64,000 nucleotides of DNA from Adineta vaga (GCA_021613535.1 CP075492.1:5518001-5582000), one strand, 5' to 3'; shown: positions 26,201-40,689, numbered from the stretch's first letter. Made by a program: numbers and translations. The notes: a model not told the origin generated them from the sequence alone.

Positions 26201-29200
26201 TACACGAGGTGATCAACAAGATCTTTTATTCGATCCTGGAACATATTCTGTTGATCCTGACGAAGATTCATTTGATGCTACGGTAATTATTGATATTCAA
26301 AAGATTTCCTAATATTCTTTCTTTTTTGTATTGTAGAAATGGAAATATGAATATTATTGTCGAATCTATCCTCAATGCAATTTTCCTAATTTACAAGGTG
26401 TACTATTAACCATCAACGATTCAACAATTGATCCTTTAAATCCATCATGTTTATCAGGTAAAAACTATCTTTTCTTATTTAGTTATTTAGTATCTAATTA
26501 CATTTTTTTATGAAACAAAAACAAAAAGGTAATGGTACAAAATTAATCTTTGGAAATTCAAGTTTATCGCCAAAATCATCTCTGATCATTCTTCCTGGTT
26601 CACTTCAAACCAATCAAATGTATCAATTTATGGTATATATGGAAAGTCGTAAAAATTCATCGATTCAAGCTACTGGTTATGTTCTTGTTACAGTCGAAAT
26701 TACCCGTCCACAATTAATCATCATCGGGTATTTCGTCTTTCACATTTCTAATGATTGTCATAATTCTTAATCACTTGTCTTGTTCATTTAGTTGTGTTAT
26801 ATCATCAATGTGTATTCCTAATCTTGAATTTCAGTTACTTAATCCAACAACACAAGTTGCTCTAACTAGTTTCTGTACTGGAACTTGTGCAAATCTTCAA
26901 TATATGCAATGGAATATTTATCAAGGATCAAACAATTCATCATCATTGAATTCTACGAAATGGACACTATTTAATTCTTCAATTTCATATGAAAATATTT
27001 GGTTTTTCGGTAGATATACAAATAATTTTACTGCTACAAATCAATTATTACTCAACAATTCTCATATTGATTTTTGGCGATTTGAAGTTGTCTATACATT
27101 TCTCTCAGAAACAAGTTCAAGTGCATTAAATTTTGTAATCAATCAATCTCCTATCAATGGTTCATGTTCAATCTATCCATATACTGGTACAACAAGTACT
27201 TGGTTTAATGTTTCATGTTCAGATTGGTTTGACGAAGATGATATCAAAGATTATTCTTTATATGGTATTTTGATTTGTATTTGAGAAGGATTCAATCATT
27301 GAATAAATATTCTATTTTAGTTTGGACAACGGATATTTCCCAGCAAGCGATCATTGCTTTTTCGTCGGAATCTACTTTTCAAGTACGTCTTCCACAGGGT
27401 GATAATCAAACATCATTACTCAATATTATTATTCATGTTCGCGATCTTCTGAATTGTATTACAAAAGTAAACATGACAATGGTACGTGTTGTACTTGATC
27501 TAGATGAAATTAATAATCTACAAAATTCAGTCAACAAATCAAATGATAATCCAACTGTTCAATTACTATGGAGTGCAAATCAGAATATCGTTGGACAAAT
27601 AATAACTTCACTTTCACCAGTATTCAATCAGATGAACATGGAAAATATTAACAATGCTATTTCAGGTAAATAATCACCACTCTCATCTTTTGGAAAACTA
27701 ATTATATCTGCTCGTTTCCACTAGATGGTCTTTCAGCAGTAGAAATCTATGTATCATCCTTAGAAAGTACATCTTCTGAAAAGGTAAATTGTACGTAAAT
27801 GAACATTTATATTTCGTTAACTTTTTTTTTTCTAGATGATATCAACATCGATGAATGAATCGGTTCTGATTGAATATGAAAAAGAACTGAATTCTCAAGC
27901 AAATATTCGAGATTATCTAATACAATTTTATTCCAATTTACTTATAACAACATCGAATAGTATTATTTTACAATCCTCATCATTAGTTCAATTAACTCAA
28001 GCAACAAATCAACTAACACGAAATACGTTACAAATTGCATCAAATCGATGTTATCAATTAGCACTTGCTCTTCATGCAATGTCAACAAAAATCTCCTGTG
28101 AAGATAATCAAATGGCAACAACTCAATTAATTCAATGTGCATCAAATGTATTAACGGTAAGAGTTATTCGTCGATTATATATAAAATTATTTCAATAACT
28201 AAATCTAGGCAGTCAATGGTCCTTTACAAGAAAGAATTATAATACTTGATATAGATTATTCTCGAGCTAATTCATTACCTGAAGATTATGATACAGATAT
28301 TGAATCTGAATGGTCAAATTTAAGTAAGAGTCGATATTTTGAGTTCACCTATGATTTATATTTTGTATAGATTTATTTTCTGATGGAAATGATTTTTCTA
28401 TTGAAACAATTGAAAAGAATCGAAATATTTATTATCAAAAACAATTAGCAAATGAAATAATCAATCAAGCAAATGAAATTATATCTTTACTAACATTTTC
28501 ATCCAATATTCATTTAAATATTGGACAAAATTTAACTATAAATACATCCAATGCATTTATGTCATTACAAACGGTATCAATCGATTCGTTTTCCAATCGA
28601 ATGATAACTCAACCGAGCAACAGTAAATTTCATATTCCATCAAATATGACAATAAATATCACCAATACTTCTCCAATTTTGCTTCGAGTAAACTTTATTG
28701 AAAAAAGAATTCCTTGATAAAATATGTTTTTTCTTCTATTTAGTCTCTGATGAATCCACTTGCTTCGTTTGGAAATAATCAATCCGATTCGAATACAAAT
28801 ATGTCACGATTAATTTCACTTTCAATATTCGACAAAACTGGAAATGAAATTTCCATTCAAACAAATAGTGATAATCCAATTCGATTCATCATACCACGTG
28901 ATCCTAATCTTCTGATTCCATCTATGAATTTACAAAATGTAATCTCAATGAATTCAACTGATCATCATTTATTATTTCATTTACATTATATAAATATAAC
29001 CAATGCACTTCCAATTTCGATTCATTTTGAAATGCGTTCATTAGATCCAACACTTGCTTATTTATTTATTTTTAAATTTGATCAAACACCTTTATTGAAT
29101 AGTTCAATCAATCTTATTGATGGATGGTCACTTTTATGTCCTTCACGTATGAATGAAAGTATGTTTACATATTTTATTGATAATCAACAAACAATTGGTC

Positions 29201-32200
29201 GTCAATCGTTAATATTTGGTTTACGGGAATTAAATTCAACGGAGAGTCTTCAATTTTGTTCAAATAATTCTTCTCAAAATGATCTTCCAATTACAGATCA
29301 TCGATTTAACTTTACATCCAATTATGAACTTCGTATTTATACATCAGGTTGTTATTATCTTGATTCAAATAATAATTGGAAATCAGATGGATTGAGGGTA
29401 AGTTTTACATTTTTCTTTATTCTAGAAAAAATTGTTTGATTATTGCATAAAGGTTGGTTCATTAACAAATCATTATGAAACCGAATGTTTTTCTACACAT
29501 TTGACATCATTTGCTGGTGGGTTCATTGTTTTACCAGCACCCATTAATTGGAATTATGTTTTTGCAAATGCTGATTTTCTTAAGAATAAAACAGTTTATT
29601 TTACTGTTATTTGTGTGTCAACTTTATATATTATTCTCCTGATCTATGCACGATTTAAGGATAAAATTGATTTGAAAAAATTAGGAGTAACACCATTACC
29701 AGATAATCATATATCCGATCAATATTATTATCAAATTATTGTTTTAACTGGTCAACGAAGTAATGCTGGAACTGAGTCGAAAGTACGACATTCTTTTATT
29801 CCATGAAACTATTCTAATCAATCTTTTCGTTTAGGTTTATTTTGTACTATCAGGTAATGCTAATCAAACTAATGTTCGAACATTTTCTGATCCTCATCGA
29901 AAGATATTTCAACGTGGTGGTATTGATGCATTTATAGTATCTGTTCCTGAATCATTAGGACTGTTAAATTACATTCGTATTTGGCATGATAATTCAGGTG
30001 AAGGTTCATCAGCATCATGGTTTTTGAAATATATCATTGTTCGAGATTTACAAACAATGGATAAATTTCATTTTATTTGTCAAAAATGGTTTGCAGTTGA
30101 AAAAGACGATGGACGAGTAAGTTAAGAGTTTTATTTTCAAATGATATTTAACTTTCTAATTTGTATTAGATTGAACGTCTTTTACCAGTTGCAAGTGACC
30201 TGGAGAAAAAAGAATTTTCATATTTATTGACAAAAAAAACATATCATAGTATTTCGGATAAACATTTATGGATTTCAATCTTTTCACGTCCGCCATCCGC
30301 AAAATTTTCATGTGTTCAACGATGTACATGTTGTTTTGTTCTATTCTTTTCTTCAATGTTACTAAATATTATGTACTATGATCTATCAAATGACGCAAAA
30401 ATGTCAAATAAAACAACAACTTTCGATTTATCGTTTGGTCCAGTGCATATCACTCCTGAACAGGTATGTGTAATACTATTATTAGGGATATCTACAGAAG
30501 TTTATTGTAGATTGGAATTGGTATTATGGTTGAATTATTATCATCAATTCCAAGTATTTTATTAATTGAATTCTTTCGACGTATTCGAACTCGTCAAAAA
30601 ACAACCCCTTTACGTCAAGTCTTCTATAAAATCAATCCAAATACTCAAAAGTTCGTCAATACTTTCTTTAAAGATTAAACTAATCTTATTTTTTTTTCTC
30701 AGTAATTCAACGATTGTAAATTCAGTAAAAAAATCTCGATCACAAATAACATTTCCTTGGTGGTGTTTATTTATTGCTTATGCATTTTCATTACTAATTA
30801 TTCTCATATCGATCTTCTTTATCGTTGTTCGAGGTATTGAATTTGGTGATGTAAAAGTACAAAAATGGTTAGCATCTGTTCTAACAGGATTCTTTTCATC
30901 GATTCTACTCAGTCAACCTATTAAAGTAAAGTTTACATTCATTTATTTTTAAATAATGATTGAAAAAAACGATTTCGTTTTTTTTCTCTTGAAGATTGTT
31001 TGTTTGGCTATATTTTTCGTGTGCTTCTGTCGAAATTCTAATGATGATACAGAAACAAGTGAATATATTGATGATTATCAAATGACTTTGAATGATGATG
31101 AAGAATATTTTCAATCAGCTAACGTATAATAATTTATTTGTTTTTCTTTTCTTTTAATCGATTTTGTTTTTAGAATTATTCTTTATTCAATTCACAAGCT
31201 CAAAAACATAAACATCTCAATGAAGGTGAAGTAACACATGCTCGTGAACAACGTTTAAAAGACCTACAAATGTGGTCAATTATTCGTGAATTTATTATTT
31301 ATTTCATATTTCTTTTTTTAATTTGTTCAATAACGTATGCAAATCGTGATTATAATAGTTTTCATGAAGTTCATCATTTACGAAAATATTTTTATAATAC
31401 TCGACAAATCAACAATGATTTTACACGGGTTTGATTTCTTTATTTTATCTTTTCGTTATGTAAAAGAATTTTCGATTTTTAGATTTTAACGGTTGATAAA
31501 TTTTGGGAATGGTTAGAAACGAGTTTTCTATCGAATATTCGTGCTCAACAATGGTATAATAATGATATTCCTAAGTATTTAAATGGATATATCAATGATA
31601 AATCCAATCGATTAATTGGATGGGCAACAATGAGACAATTACGTGTCCAATCAGTTTCATGTTCTGATCAACGAATTCAATTGATTTGTGAACACAACTA
31701 TAATTTCTTGAATGAAAATAAACAATCATTTCCATTCGATTGGTTTAATCAAACAACAGATGAAACATATAGTTCATCGATAATCAAAGCTTTTCAATAT
31801 CAAACAAGTGATGAATTAGATACATATATTTATATAGGTGAACATGGAACATATGGTGGAGGTGGTTATGTCTATGAATTTCGAGGTCGATTAGAAGAAC
31901 TTCAAAGTAATGTATCAAAACTTCATGAATTAGAATGGATTAATGAACAAACAAGAGCGATTATTATTCAATTGACGTTATATAATCCCAATGTTCAATT
32001 ATTTACATCTGTGACATTTCTTCTGGAATTCTCATCAACAGGCGGAGCTTTTCCAACTGCACGATTTGAACCATTGAACTTTTATAGTAACTTTTTTTTT
32101 GATTATTTCTCAGATCACATACTTTCATTTCTGTTTTTAGCATTTACATCACTATTTCAATTGATATGTACGATTATTTATATGGGTTTCATTATTTATT

Positions 32201-33173
32201 TTACGATCCTTCAAATTCAATTATTTTTTCAATTAAAATTCAACTATTTTTATCAGTTCTGGTCATTAATCGAACTTGGAATTATCATTTGTTCATGGAC
32301 AAGTCTTGCCATTTATATCTGGCGTTTCAAAGAATCTCATCGTATAAGTTCTTTATTTAAACAAACCAATGGATATGTTTACATAAATTTACAATTTGCA
32401 GTTTATATCAATGATCTTCTAACATATCTTCTTGGTTTTTCATGTTTTTTTAGTATGATTAAATTTCTTCATTTAATTCGTTTCGATCATCGTTTATTAT
32501 TATTTACTCAAACTTTACGACATGCTAGAAAAGAACTTATTTCATTTTTAATGATGTTTTCGATTGTCTATATGTCATTTGTTTGTTTATTTTATCTATT
32601 ATTTCTATCGAATATATCGTCATGTTCAAGTTTATTATCAACAGCACAAATGTTATTCGAAACGACATTAATGAAATTTGATACCAGTGAATTAATACAA
32701 GCTGATGCATTTCTTGGTCCTTTGGTATTTGTCATATTTATATTTTTAGTTGTTTTTGTTTGTTTGAGTATGTTTCTTTCAATTATTAATGAAAGTTTTC
32801 GATGTACACGAGAGAATCGAATGAAAGATGTGGAAATGTTTGGATTTATGATGAACAAATTTTTACGTTGGACAGGTACGATTCTTGTTTTGTAGGAAAA
32901 ACGAAGAAGATTTGTTTGATTTTATGTTAGGTTTAAAGAAAACAAGTGAGATAGAAAATTATGCACGACGAGAATATTCGAATGCGTTCGAAATATATTG
33001 ATTCAATAGAAGGTTTTCCAGTGAAAGTTGATCAATTATTGGCAGCAATTAATAGAGTAAATTGAAAATCTTTGATATATTAGAAGAAGAAAAAAACTAA
33101 TTTTCTCTTCTTTTTTTAGTTGTACATCGATCAAAAAACGGATATATTGAGATTGGAAAGAAGACGTTATTGA
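20290..33173 (+). CDS. Giant polycystin-1-like (PKD1L/REJ) receptor-channel: signal peptide, 4 NHL beta-propellers, Ser/Thr stalk, REJ, GAIN/GPS, TM, PLAT, PKD channel; two apparent frameshifts
   Basis: NHL motifs (P.GIFVD..LYVAD..N.RIQKF). REJ-like 'P.NGSCSIYP.TGTTSTWFNVSCSDWFDEDDIKDYSLY'. GPS 'CYYLD...WKSDG...ECFSTHLTSFA'. PLAT 'AGTESKV..FQRGGIDAF..IRIWHDNSG..SWFL'. TOP/channel 'YGGGGYV..WINEQTRA..LYNPNVQLF', 'FLGP', 'MFLSIINESF'. Confidence 0.85.
25182..25660 (+). repeat. Degenerate coding tandem repeat encoding a poly-Ser/Thr mucin-like stalk
   Basis: Recurrent 'tcctcctcaagttcta(c/g)', 'acgtcgtctacaac' units encoding TSSSSSTSSTT variants. Confidence 0.9.
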
Positions 33174-33572
33174 ATTCGTAGAACTAAATTATGTGTTATT
33201 TCTATTCTGTTATGTTTTGTTCATATTCATATTCATATATACATGTTGCTGATGATAATAAGAATTCTCATTTGATACTTAAACTCCTACTAAATGTTAC
33301 AAAGACGATCTCTTTTTCAAAGCATCGGATGACTCAGAACATCATTATCACGTTTCTATTCACAGGATAAGTACTATTAACATGACATACTTATGATCAA
33401 TTGCTCTACATTTCTTCAATCATCTTTCCGACAAATTAAATTTAGAATATTCTCAAAATAAATCGAGATCTGAATTTGATCATTGTAATTCTTTTTGTGA
33501 AAAACTATTTATCATACATAAGAAAAACAAACACGATAAATATCGAAGTAAAGAGAAGACAAGCAAGTTTAA

Positions 33573-35134
33573 TTAGTTTTGTTCAAAATGTCTAGTGAGA
33601 TTTTCACTTTCTTTTTTGTCATCAACATCTGTTGCACTAGACACATATTGATTTCGTCGTAGTTTATTATTTCCACTTGATAACGTTTGTTTCGTTGACG
33701 ATCGACATATACCAATCGATTTGTCTTTCATCGTTGTTGTACCAGTGTTAGTCGATATTGATTGTTGTTTACTTTCTTCAGGACATGATGTTAATGTTCG
33801 TCCTGTTGTTGTTGTTCCATTAATACGAATACGTGTACGTTGTCGAGTTTTAATATCTTTATTTGAAAGTTTATTTCGTTGTTTATAACACCATCGACAT
33901 AATTTATGAAAGATTAATCGACGAAATTCATTACGAAATCTTGCTCCACTGATAAAATAGAGGAAAAAATTCACGACATGCATTAAATCAGATGTAATAT
34001 TCGATATTAAATACATCACAGCCGATGTTTGTACATAAATATCTAGATTTCGATAGACATTATTGTCACATTTCACCGCTTTCCAACTCTCAATAAAAAC
34101 ACGTAAGAAGATCATTAAATAATAAATCGCATTTGGTAATGTTAAGACAAAAAATGAAATCGAAATTGTAATCAACATAATTGTTATTTGAAGATTTTGT
34201 GATTGTACACGTGCACGATTGCTAACTGATGAACGAAATGGATTACTTGATGTTCGTGATACCGATGTTGATTCATGTAAAAGTGATGCATCACGACGTG
34301 CTCGAAATAGAGCAAGAAAAATTGCGGCATTTAATATTGAAATAACAATAAATGGAATAAAGCACCAAAAAAATGCATCAAGGATAAAAACAAGTTTTTC
34401 ATCTTGAGGTGTTTCAAGCCAACAATAAGCATTATTTTTCAATACAGTTCGACTGGCATGAACAGATGCAACAAGCATCGAACAGATAATGACAGCAATG
34501 ACAACAGCATATGCTTTCTTTCGTGACAATAAATCGGATACACGTAATGGTAGACATACAGCAAGAAATTTATCGGCATTCATCGCAGCAATAAGCCACA
34601 CTAAAATGTACAATAACAGTGATGATGATGATGATTAAAACTTGATTGATAAGAGAAAAAAATAAAGAACTTACCGGTTGTGTAGTTCACTGCATTAACC
34701 ATTAGAAAAAGAAATTTACATAATCCAGTTGTTAGAATATGTTTATTTGCTGAGAAACTTGATAATTCTCCGAAAAGAACACGTAATGCAAAAAAAGCTA
34801 CATCACATATAGCTAATGTTTGCATGTAGAATGCAATCGATGATGATCGATTCATTCGTGTTCGTCGTAAGATATAAAAAGCACATAGATTTAAAATAAT
34901 GGCTGGTAAAATAAAGAATCGATTGAGATTATGTGTTATATAACGAACAATATTGAATAAAGGTTTTTGAGAAATATATTCATATTTGATTTGAATACAT
35001 GTTATATTCGAATTTTTACTAATTAATTGATCAGTAATCAAAAAGGAGATATTATCAAAGATAGGTAATGATGGAGATAATACCGATCCATTCGATAAGT
35101 GTGAATATGTTGAAAGATTAATAGATTGATTCAT
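33573..35134 (-). CDS. Class A (rhodopsin-family) GPCR, invertebrate peptide-receptor-like
   Basis: N-glycosylated N-terminus, seven hydrophobic segments, 'LAICD', 'MNADKFLAVCLP', 'FFVLTLP', 'VNFFLYFISGARFR'. One coding intron ~34602-34674. Confidence 0.9.
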
Positions 35135-38100
35135 GGTTCATTTTTTCACATAACATACTGGTTTTTTTTATTCGAATCTGAAAGAAAGAAAGAAAGAAAG
35201 AAAAGGTATAGAAGCAATTATGTTAATAATGTAAAAGAAAACATTTGTATTCAATAACATATATTGATTCTAAAATATTCTTTTCGAGAAAGAAAACGGT
35301 GTGTTTTTTTTGCGTGTCTTGAAGGGTCTGTGTTTATGCTTTCGTTTTCATGCGTAAATCTAGAGACAACTGGTCTCTAAAATTTCTTTTCAATCATAAA
35401 GATATAAAGGAATAAAATATACAATGGTAACAAGTTTTCTCAAGTGTATGCGTCTGCTAACGTAACTAAGCGAACCAGTTGTCACACAATTAATAGTAAT
35501 GATGATGTGAATAGGAGCTAACATGTTATATGTCTTCTTTCTTTCTTTCTTCTTCTTCTTCTTCTTCTTTGCCTTCTCTTACGTCAAATAAAGAACAATA
35601 ATCGAAACGTTGTATAGAGATTTTTAACAATATAATGAATGACTATATAGCGTGTGTGTGTGTATGTATACACACAAATAATAATATCGATTAAGAGCTG
35701 ACTACTATCAAATCTATATGGGTGTATAATATAACAAATTTATTTGTCTAGATTTTCAATAGTTCGAACATGCAACGCACATTCATCAAGTCAGTTTCTA
35801 TATTTTTTCTCAGAGAAACACACACACAGACTTATCTTATTGTTATTGTTGTTTTTATTAAGAAACACTTCATTGAATTGAAAGTAATCGAAGCATATAT
35901 GAAATCAATCTCTCTATGCTTCCGTCGGTTACTTCCATGTGTCAACTATAATAGAACAAACGCTTGTCGGACAATTATTATCAATTGACAGAATTAAAAT
36001 CACAAAAGAAAAAAGAAAATATTAATCTATCGTACTAATTCACTTTTCTTCTCAAAAATAGATGCATCGATATACTTGTCATCTGTCACCGAATATGTTT
36101 CTATAAAACATCTAGAGCAAAAGAGAAGAAAAAAAACTAAATCTTAATATACAACATGTCTATCTTTTGTAATTAGTCTTTTGATTCTCACTATGATTAT
36201 CAATAAGATCGGATATATAGACTTGTAATTAACTCGATCTATGGAAGCATAAGATAGTAGATTAACTATTAGTTTGACGAACTTTTCTGATGATACTTAT
36301 GTATATATATATATTGTTATGATAGGTGGTAGAAAGATCTTTTTTTTTGTTAGCTTGTCAATACATACTTGATTGCCTTGAAGCATAACGTACAAGTATT
36401 CTCTCTTTCTTTCTTACAATGTTTTTTTCTCGCATCATTGATACTAAGAAATGTTTAGTTTCCGAGAAGAAGAAAAAATGGAAAAGTAATAGACATAGAG
36501 CAGAAAAAAAAACATATTTTGGGAATTCTAATTACTCGTCGATAATTGCAAAATATTGGCGAGTTATTCGATACATTAGTGCGTTTTACGATCATAGTAG
36601 CAAAAATAAACTCGACTAATTCACTTTCTCTTCTCTTTTCTATATCGAACTCGTTTTCCATTAGAATAAACTAAGATCAACAGTCATTGTTAATATATTC
36701 AGCATTGAACCAAAACCGATTCTTCCTATGCACAAGTGACTTTTATACTTACAAATGGAATAAATATGTCCTTATATACCATTACTTTCTCATTGTCATA
36801 GAAGTCATATGAAAAAGATTTTCTTGTTTTTTTTTGACAGAAAAATGCAATCTATAGCTCAAGAATGTCTTTCATTTTCTTTGTGTGTATATTACACTAA
36901 TACTAATCCTGAAAAGAATTGAAGAAAAAAACCATATTTGGTTCATTACCTTCTCTTTTGTTGTCATCAGAGATAAGAATCAAAATTGAATTTCATGCAT
37001 TTCTACAGATAATAAAATATGAAATTATTCCGAAAAAACAACAACATCGAGGATTGTTCTAGATCTATTACAATATCGTATTATAAGAAATAGAATTGAA
37101 GAAAAAAAAGCTCAACTTCATTGTCTCATGCTCGATTTTCTTTTTTCTCTTCCTCTACACATAGACTCTCCTTCTTTCTTTCTGTCAATAAGAATGTACG
37201 AAGTAATTATTTTGTTGATGATTGTTAAGTACGTCGTTCTCAAAGATATCAAGTTGTTCTCATCATCATCATCATCATGTACTTTGAAAAAATTGTCATA
37301 ACGATTGAAATCCTCTCGTTTCTAATAAAGATATATTTCTAATCAAATCAACTACTAATAACATTTACATAGAATTTCACTTTCATATATGTCGAAATTA
37401 AATATTCAAGTATGTAGGAAGTGTAAAATAAAATATGTATTTTTAATAAGAAAAAAATTACACCTTGCAATTGATATTTAATTTCATAGGCGACAAATAT
37501 TTCTTCGCAACATAAACTTAAAAGAAAAATTGACTGATTTTCATCGATTTGAACAAAGAAACACATCTTTTATTACATTCTTAATATGGAATCATATATC
37601 GGAAATATGTTGAGTGTATTCATTCCAATTAAAAGTATGATATTCAATCACGGAATGAAGCACATCATTCAGTAATATTTCACATAAGAATCATTATCTT
37701 ACTAATAGAACAAGAAGAAAAATGTGAAATGATATTTGATGCGTAAAGTCATATTTTTCATATTCAATAGCATTCGAAAGGAACAGAAGAATTAGATCTT
37801 ATTTTATGCTGACATATTTCCGCTTTAAACTCACATGTCTCATTGAACATTAGCAAAAGTTAAGTTAACATAGTTTCTATCCAAAAGGAAGTCACAAGTG
37901 TAAAAATCTCATTTAAAATTAGTAACATATCATCATAATTAGCAGCGGAAAAAAGTGAATTTACTGAAAAAGTTCGTACGAGAAATCTAACCACGTGCTT
38001 ATTATCTTCTAACGACATCTGATATAGATTGTGTATAAAATAAAATTCAATAGTTTAACTAACTAATAATCGATTGGTTTCCGAATGATTCAGTTTAAAA

Positions 38101-38169
38101 GACAAAGACTCGAAGATTTTATTCTATCACCAATTTTCGAATATCGAACGTGTGTAAGATTATATACTT

Positions 38170-40513
38170 ATGTCTCGAAGAAGTTCACGACGAATAGGTG
38201 ATGTACAACTTGAAGAAATGCCAACGTTACAACAAAAGTAGTTCAATATTCAATAACAAACTCTCGCTTTCTATATCGATTTGATTTTAGTATGAACAGT
38301 GGAATATGTGATACATCAAGTTTATCAATTCAAACTGTAGAGAAAAATACAAATAACGATAATTGTTCAGTAGTTAATCTCGAATTGAATGATGAAAAAC
38401 ATATTTCATCAATAAATACTTCACTTGGTATTATACCGAAAGCAATACCAACAAATGAAGCTGATATGATATGTACAACTGTTGAAAGTGTATCTAATGT
38501 TCGATTTGAATGGACCGTTGAAGATTTTTATCCTCAAGTGTAAGTAAAATTCGATCAATTCTTCATTCTTTCATGAAAAACAAACTTATTTTTAATAGAT
38601 ATGAATGTGGGGATATGATTCAAAGTGAAGAATTTCCACCCTATGATTTACAGAAAGAATTCTGGACACTTCGTTTGTATCCAAAAGGTCATCCAGAATT
38701 TTCGAAAGAACCTTCGATTGATGATGATTCGGTTATACAATTCTATTTAACATTATGTCCATCACATATTGCATCAAATCATACAGAAGGATCCACTCAA
38801 TTACATGTTTATTTTCGTGCTTTAATCAATTTTTCTAATTCACAAGTAAATATATTTCCAAAACTATCGTTCTTTTTATTCAATTCGAATGAGATATGAT
38901 TTATCAAGACATTTGTTTGCCAATTTAGGGTCGTGTATTTCATACAGAAACTGTTCATGATTGTGGTGGTAATATAACAAATGAAATTATTTTAATGAAA
39001 ATGACTCGTACTAAATGTGAACAATTATATAAAGAATCAACAGATCATTTAATTCTAAGTATTGAATTGATGTCAATTGATGATATTACAAAACGTAGTT
39101 TAAAAACAAGTTCAACTAAAATCATCGATGGTACATCACGTGTCGTTTCTAAAGTTATGAAAATGAAATTACGTTGGAAAATTGAACAATTTGCTGTACT
39201 AATTACTGAATCATCAAATAATAGTTATATTGAATCATGTGAATTTACATTTAATAAACAACGAACAACAAACAATAGTACTACTTTAAATACATATATG
39301 TCCGAACAAGATGTTGATAATGAAGAAATGAAATCTTCAAACGATGTTCCATTACATCAATGGTCACTTATACTTTATCCCAATGGTAAAACTGAACGTT
39401 TTAAAGAATCATTATCACTTTTTTTGGAACATACATTTGGTCCAAGTGTTCGTGTTGTCATACGATTTTCATTAATTGATGAACGTGGTCGTCGAATGAA
39501 TACAAAACAATTACCATCACATGTTCTAGGTGTTGGTGAACGTTGGGGTATTGGAGATTTTATTAAACACTTTACATTATTACAATCTCAACAACAACTA
39601 ACTCCAAATAATGAACTTCGTTTATATTGTCAAATCAAAATACTTGAAAGACAATCAATTGATGAGAAAAAATTTATTACAAGATTATCATCTCCATTTG
39701 CAACAAATAAATCAACAGGAGTAACATCTATTAATGATGATCCAGCTATCTATTGGCCAAAATTATTTTATACAGCATATCAAGAAAAACAAATGTTCGA
39801 TATGTATTTACGTTGTAATAATGAATTATTTTCTGTTCATAAATTAATCCTTGCACTTCGTTCAAGTGTTTTTGCTAAAATGATCAAAGAAAAAGAAATC
39901 ATAGTAAATAATATTGCTTTACCAATTCAAAATCGTTCAAATAAACGATCAACAACAAATGATACCGTTGAAATGCATTCTCAAACGACTAATGGAACAA
40001 AACAATCGTCTCTATTCACGCTTGATATCAATGATATTGATCATAAAACATTTCCCTATTTAATTGAATATATTTATACAGGTGGAATTCAAAAATTTGC
40101 TCCATCAAATGCTTCGATTTCACCAGCATTGATTATTGATCTTTTAATAATAGCAACAAATTATGATATACCCGATTTGAAAACTTATGCTGAATCTTTT
40201 TTAAAAGATATTATTCGAATTGATAATGCATGGTAAGATTTTATATTTCGAATGCAAAATCATCTGATCTATGATTTCTAGTGAATTACTTGCATCATGT
40301 GATAATACAAAGTCAGATATGTTAAAACAAGTAACATGTGATTTTATTGCAAATAATCTCGGTCATATTATGGAAACATCTGTACGTGTTTTGTTTTTCA
40401 TTTTTTTTAAATATGAAATATTTGTCAATGTTTAGAGTTGGACAGAATTGAAAATGAAACAACCGGATCTTATTGATCTTATTCTCAAATCATGTTTATT
40501 ATTACGAAAATAA
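38170..40513 (+). CDS. SPOP-like MATH-MATH-BTB(-BACK) Cullin-3 adaptor
   Basis: MATH1 'FEWTVEDF..WTLRLYPKG'. MATH2 'LRWKIEQF..WSLILYPNG..LSLFL..WGIGDFI'. BTB 'VHKLILALRSSVFAKM..LIEYIYTG'. BACK-like 'LKQVTCDFIANN..IMETSSWTELK'. Confidence 0.88.
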
Positions 40514-40689
40514 TCTTCATGTGCTTTTGTTTTCGTATAGAGAGCAAGTATGTGTGTGTTTATGTCTTTTCATAAATTATATCTTTTTTTTGTTTGTTAT
40601 TATTTTGAAAATAAAGTATGACAATATAGTCTGAAATTGAAAATCTCTCTCATCATAATTTTGCACTATAAAAGAACAAGAATATGTAT

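Noticed and set aside
20433-32895. Treating the NHL ORFs and PKD/REJ ORFs as many separate genes, or as bacterial contamination
   Set aside because: Consistent GT-AG junctions join them in frame to one signal-peptide exon, and the flanks are intron-containing metazoan genes.
35770-37566. Several 60-72 aa ORFs upstream of the GPCR
   Set aside because: Short, low-complexity, AT-driven ORFs with no motifs, as expected by chance.
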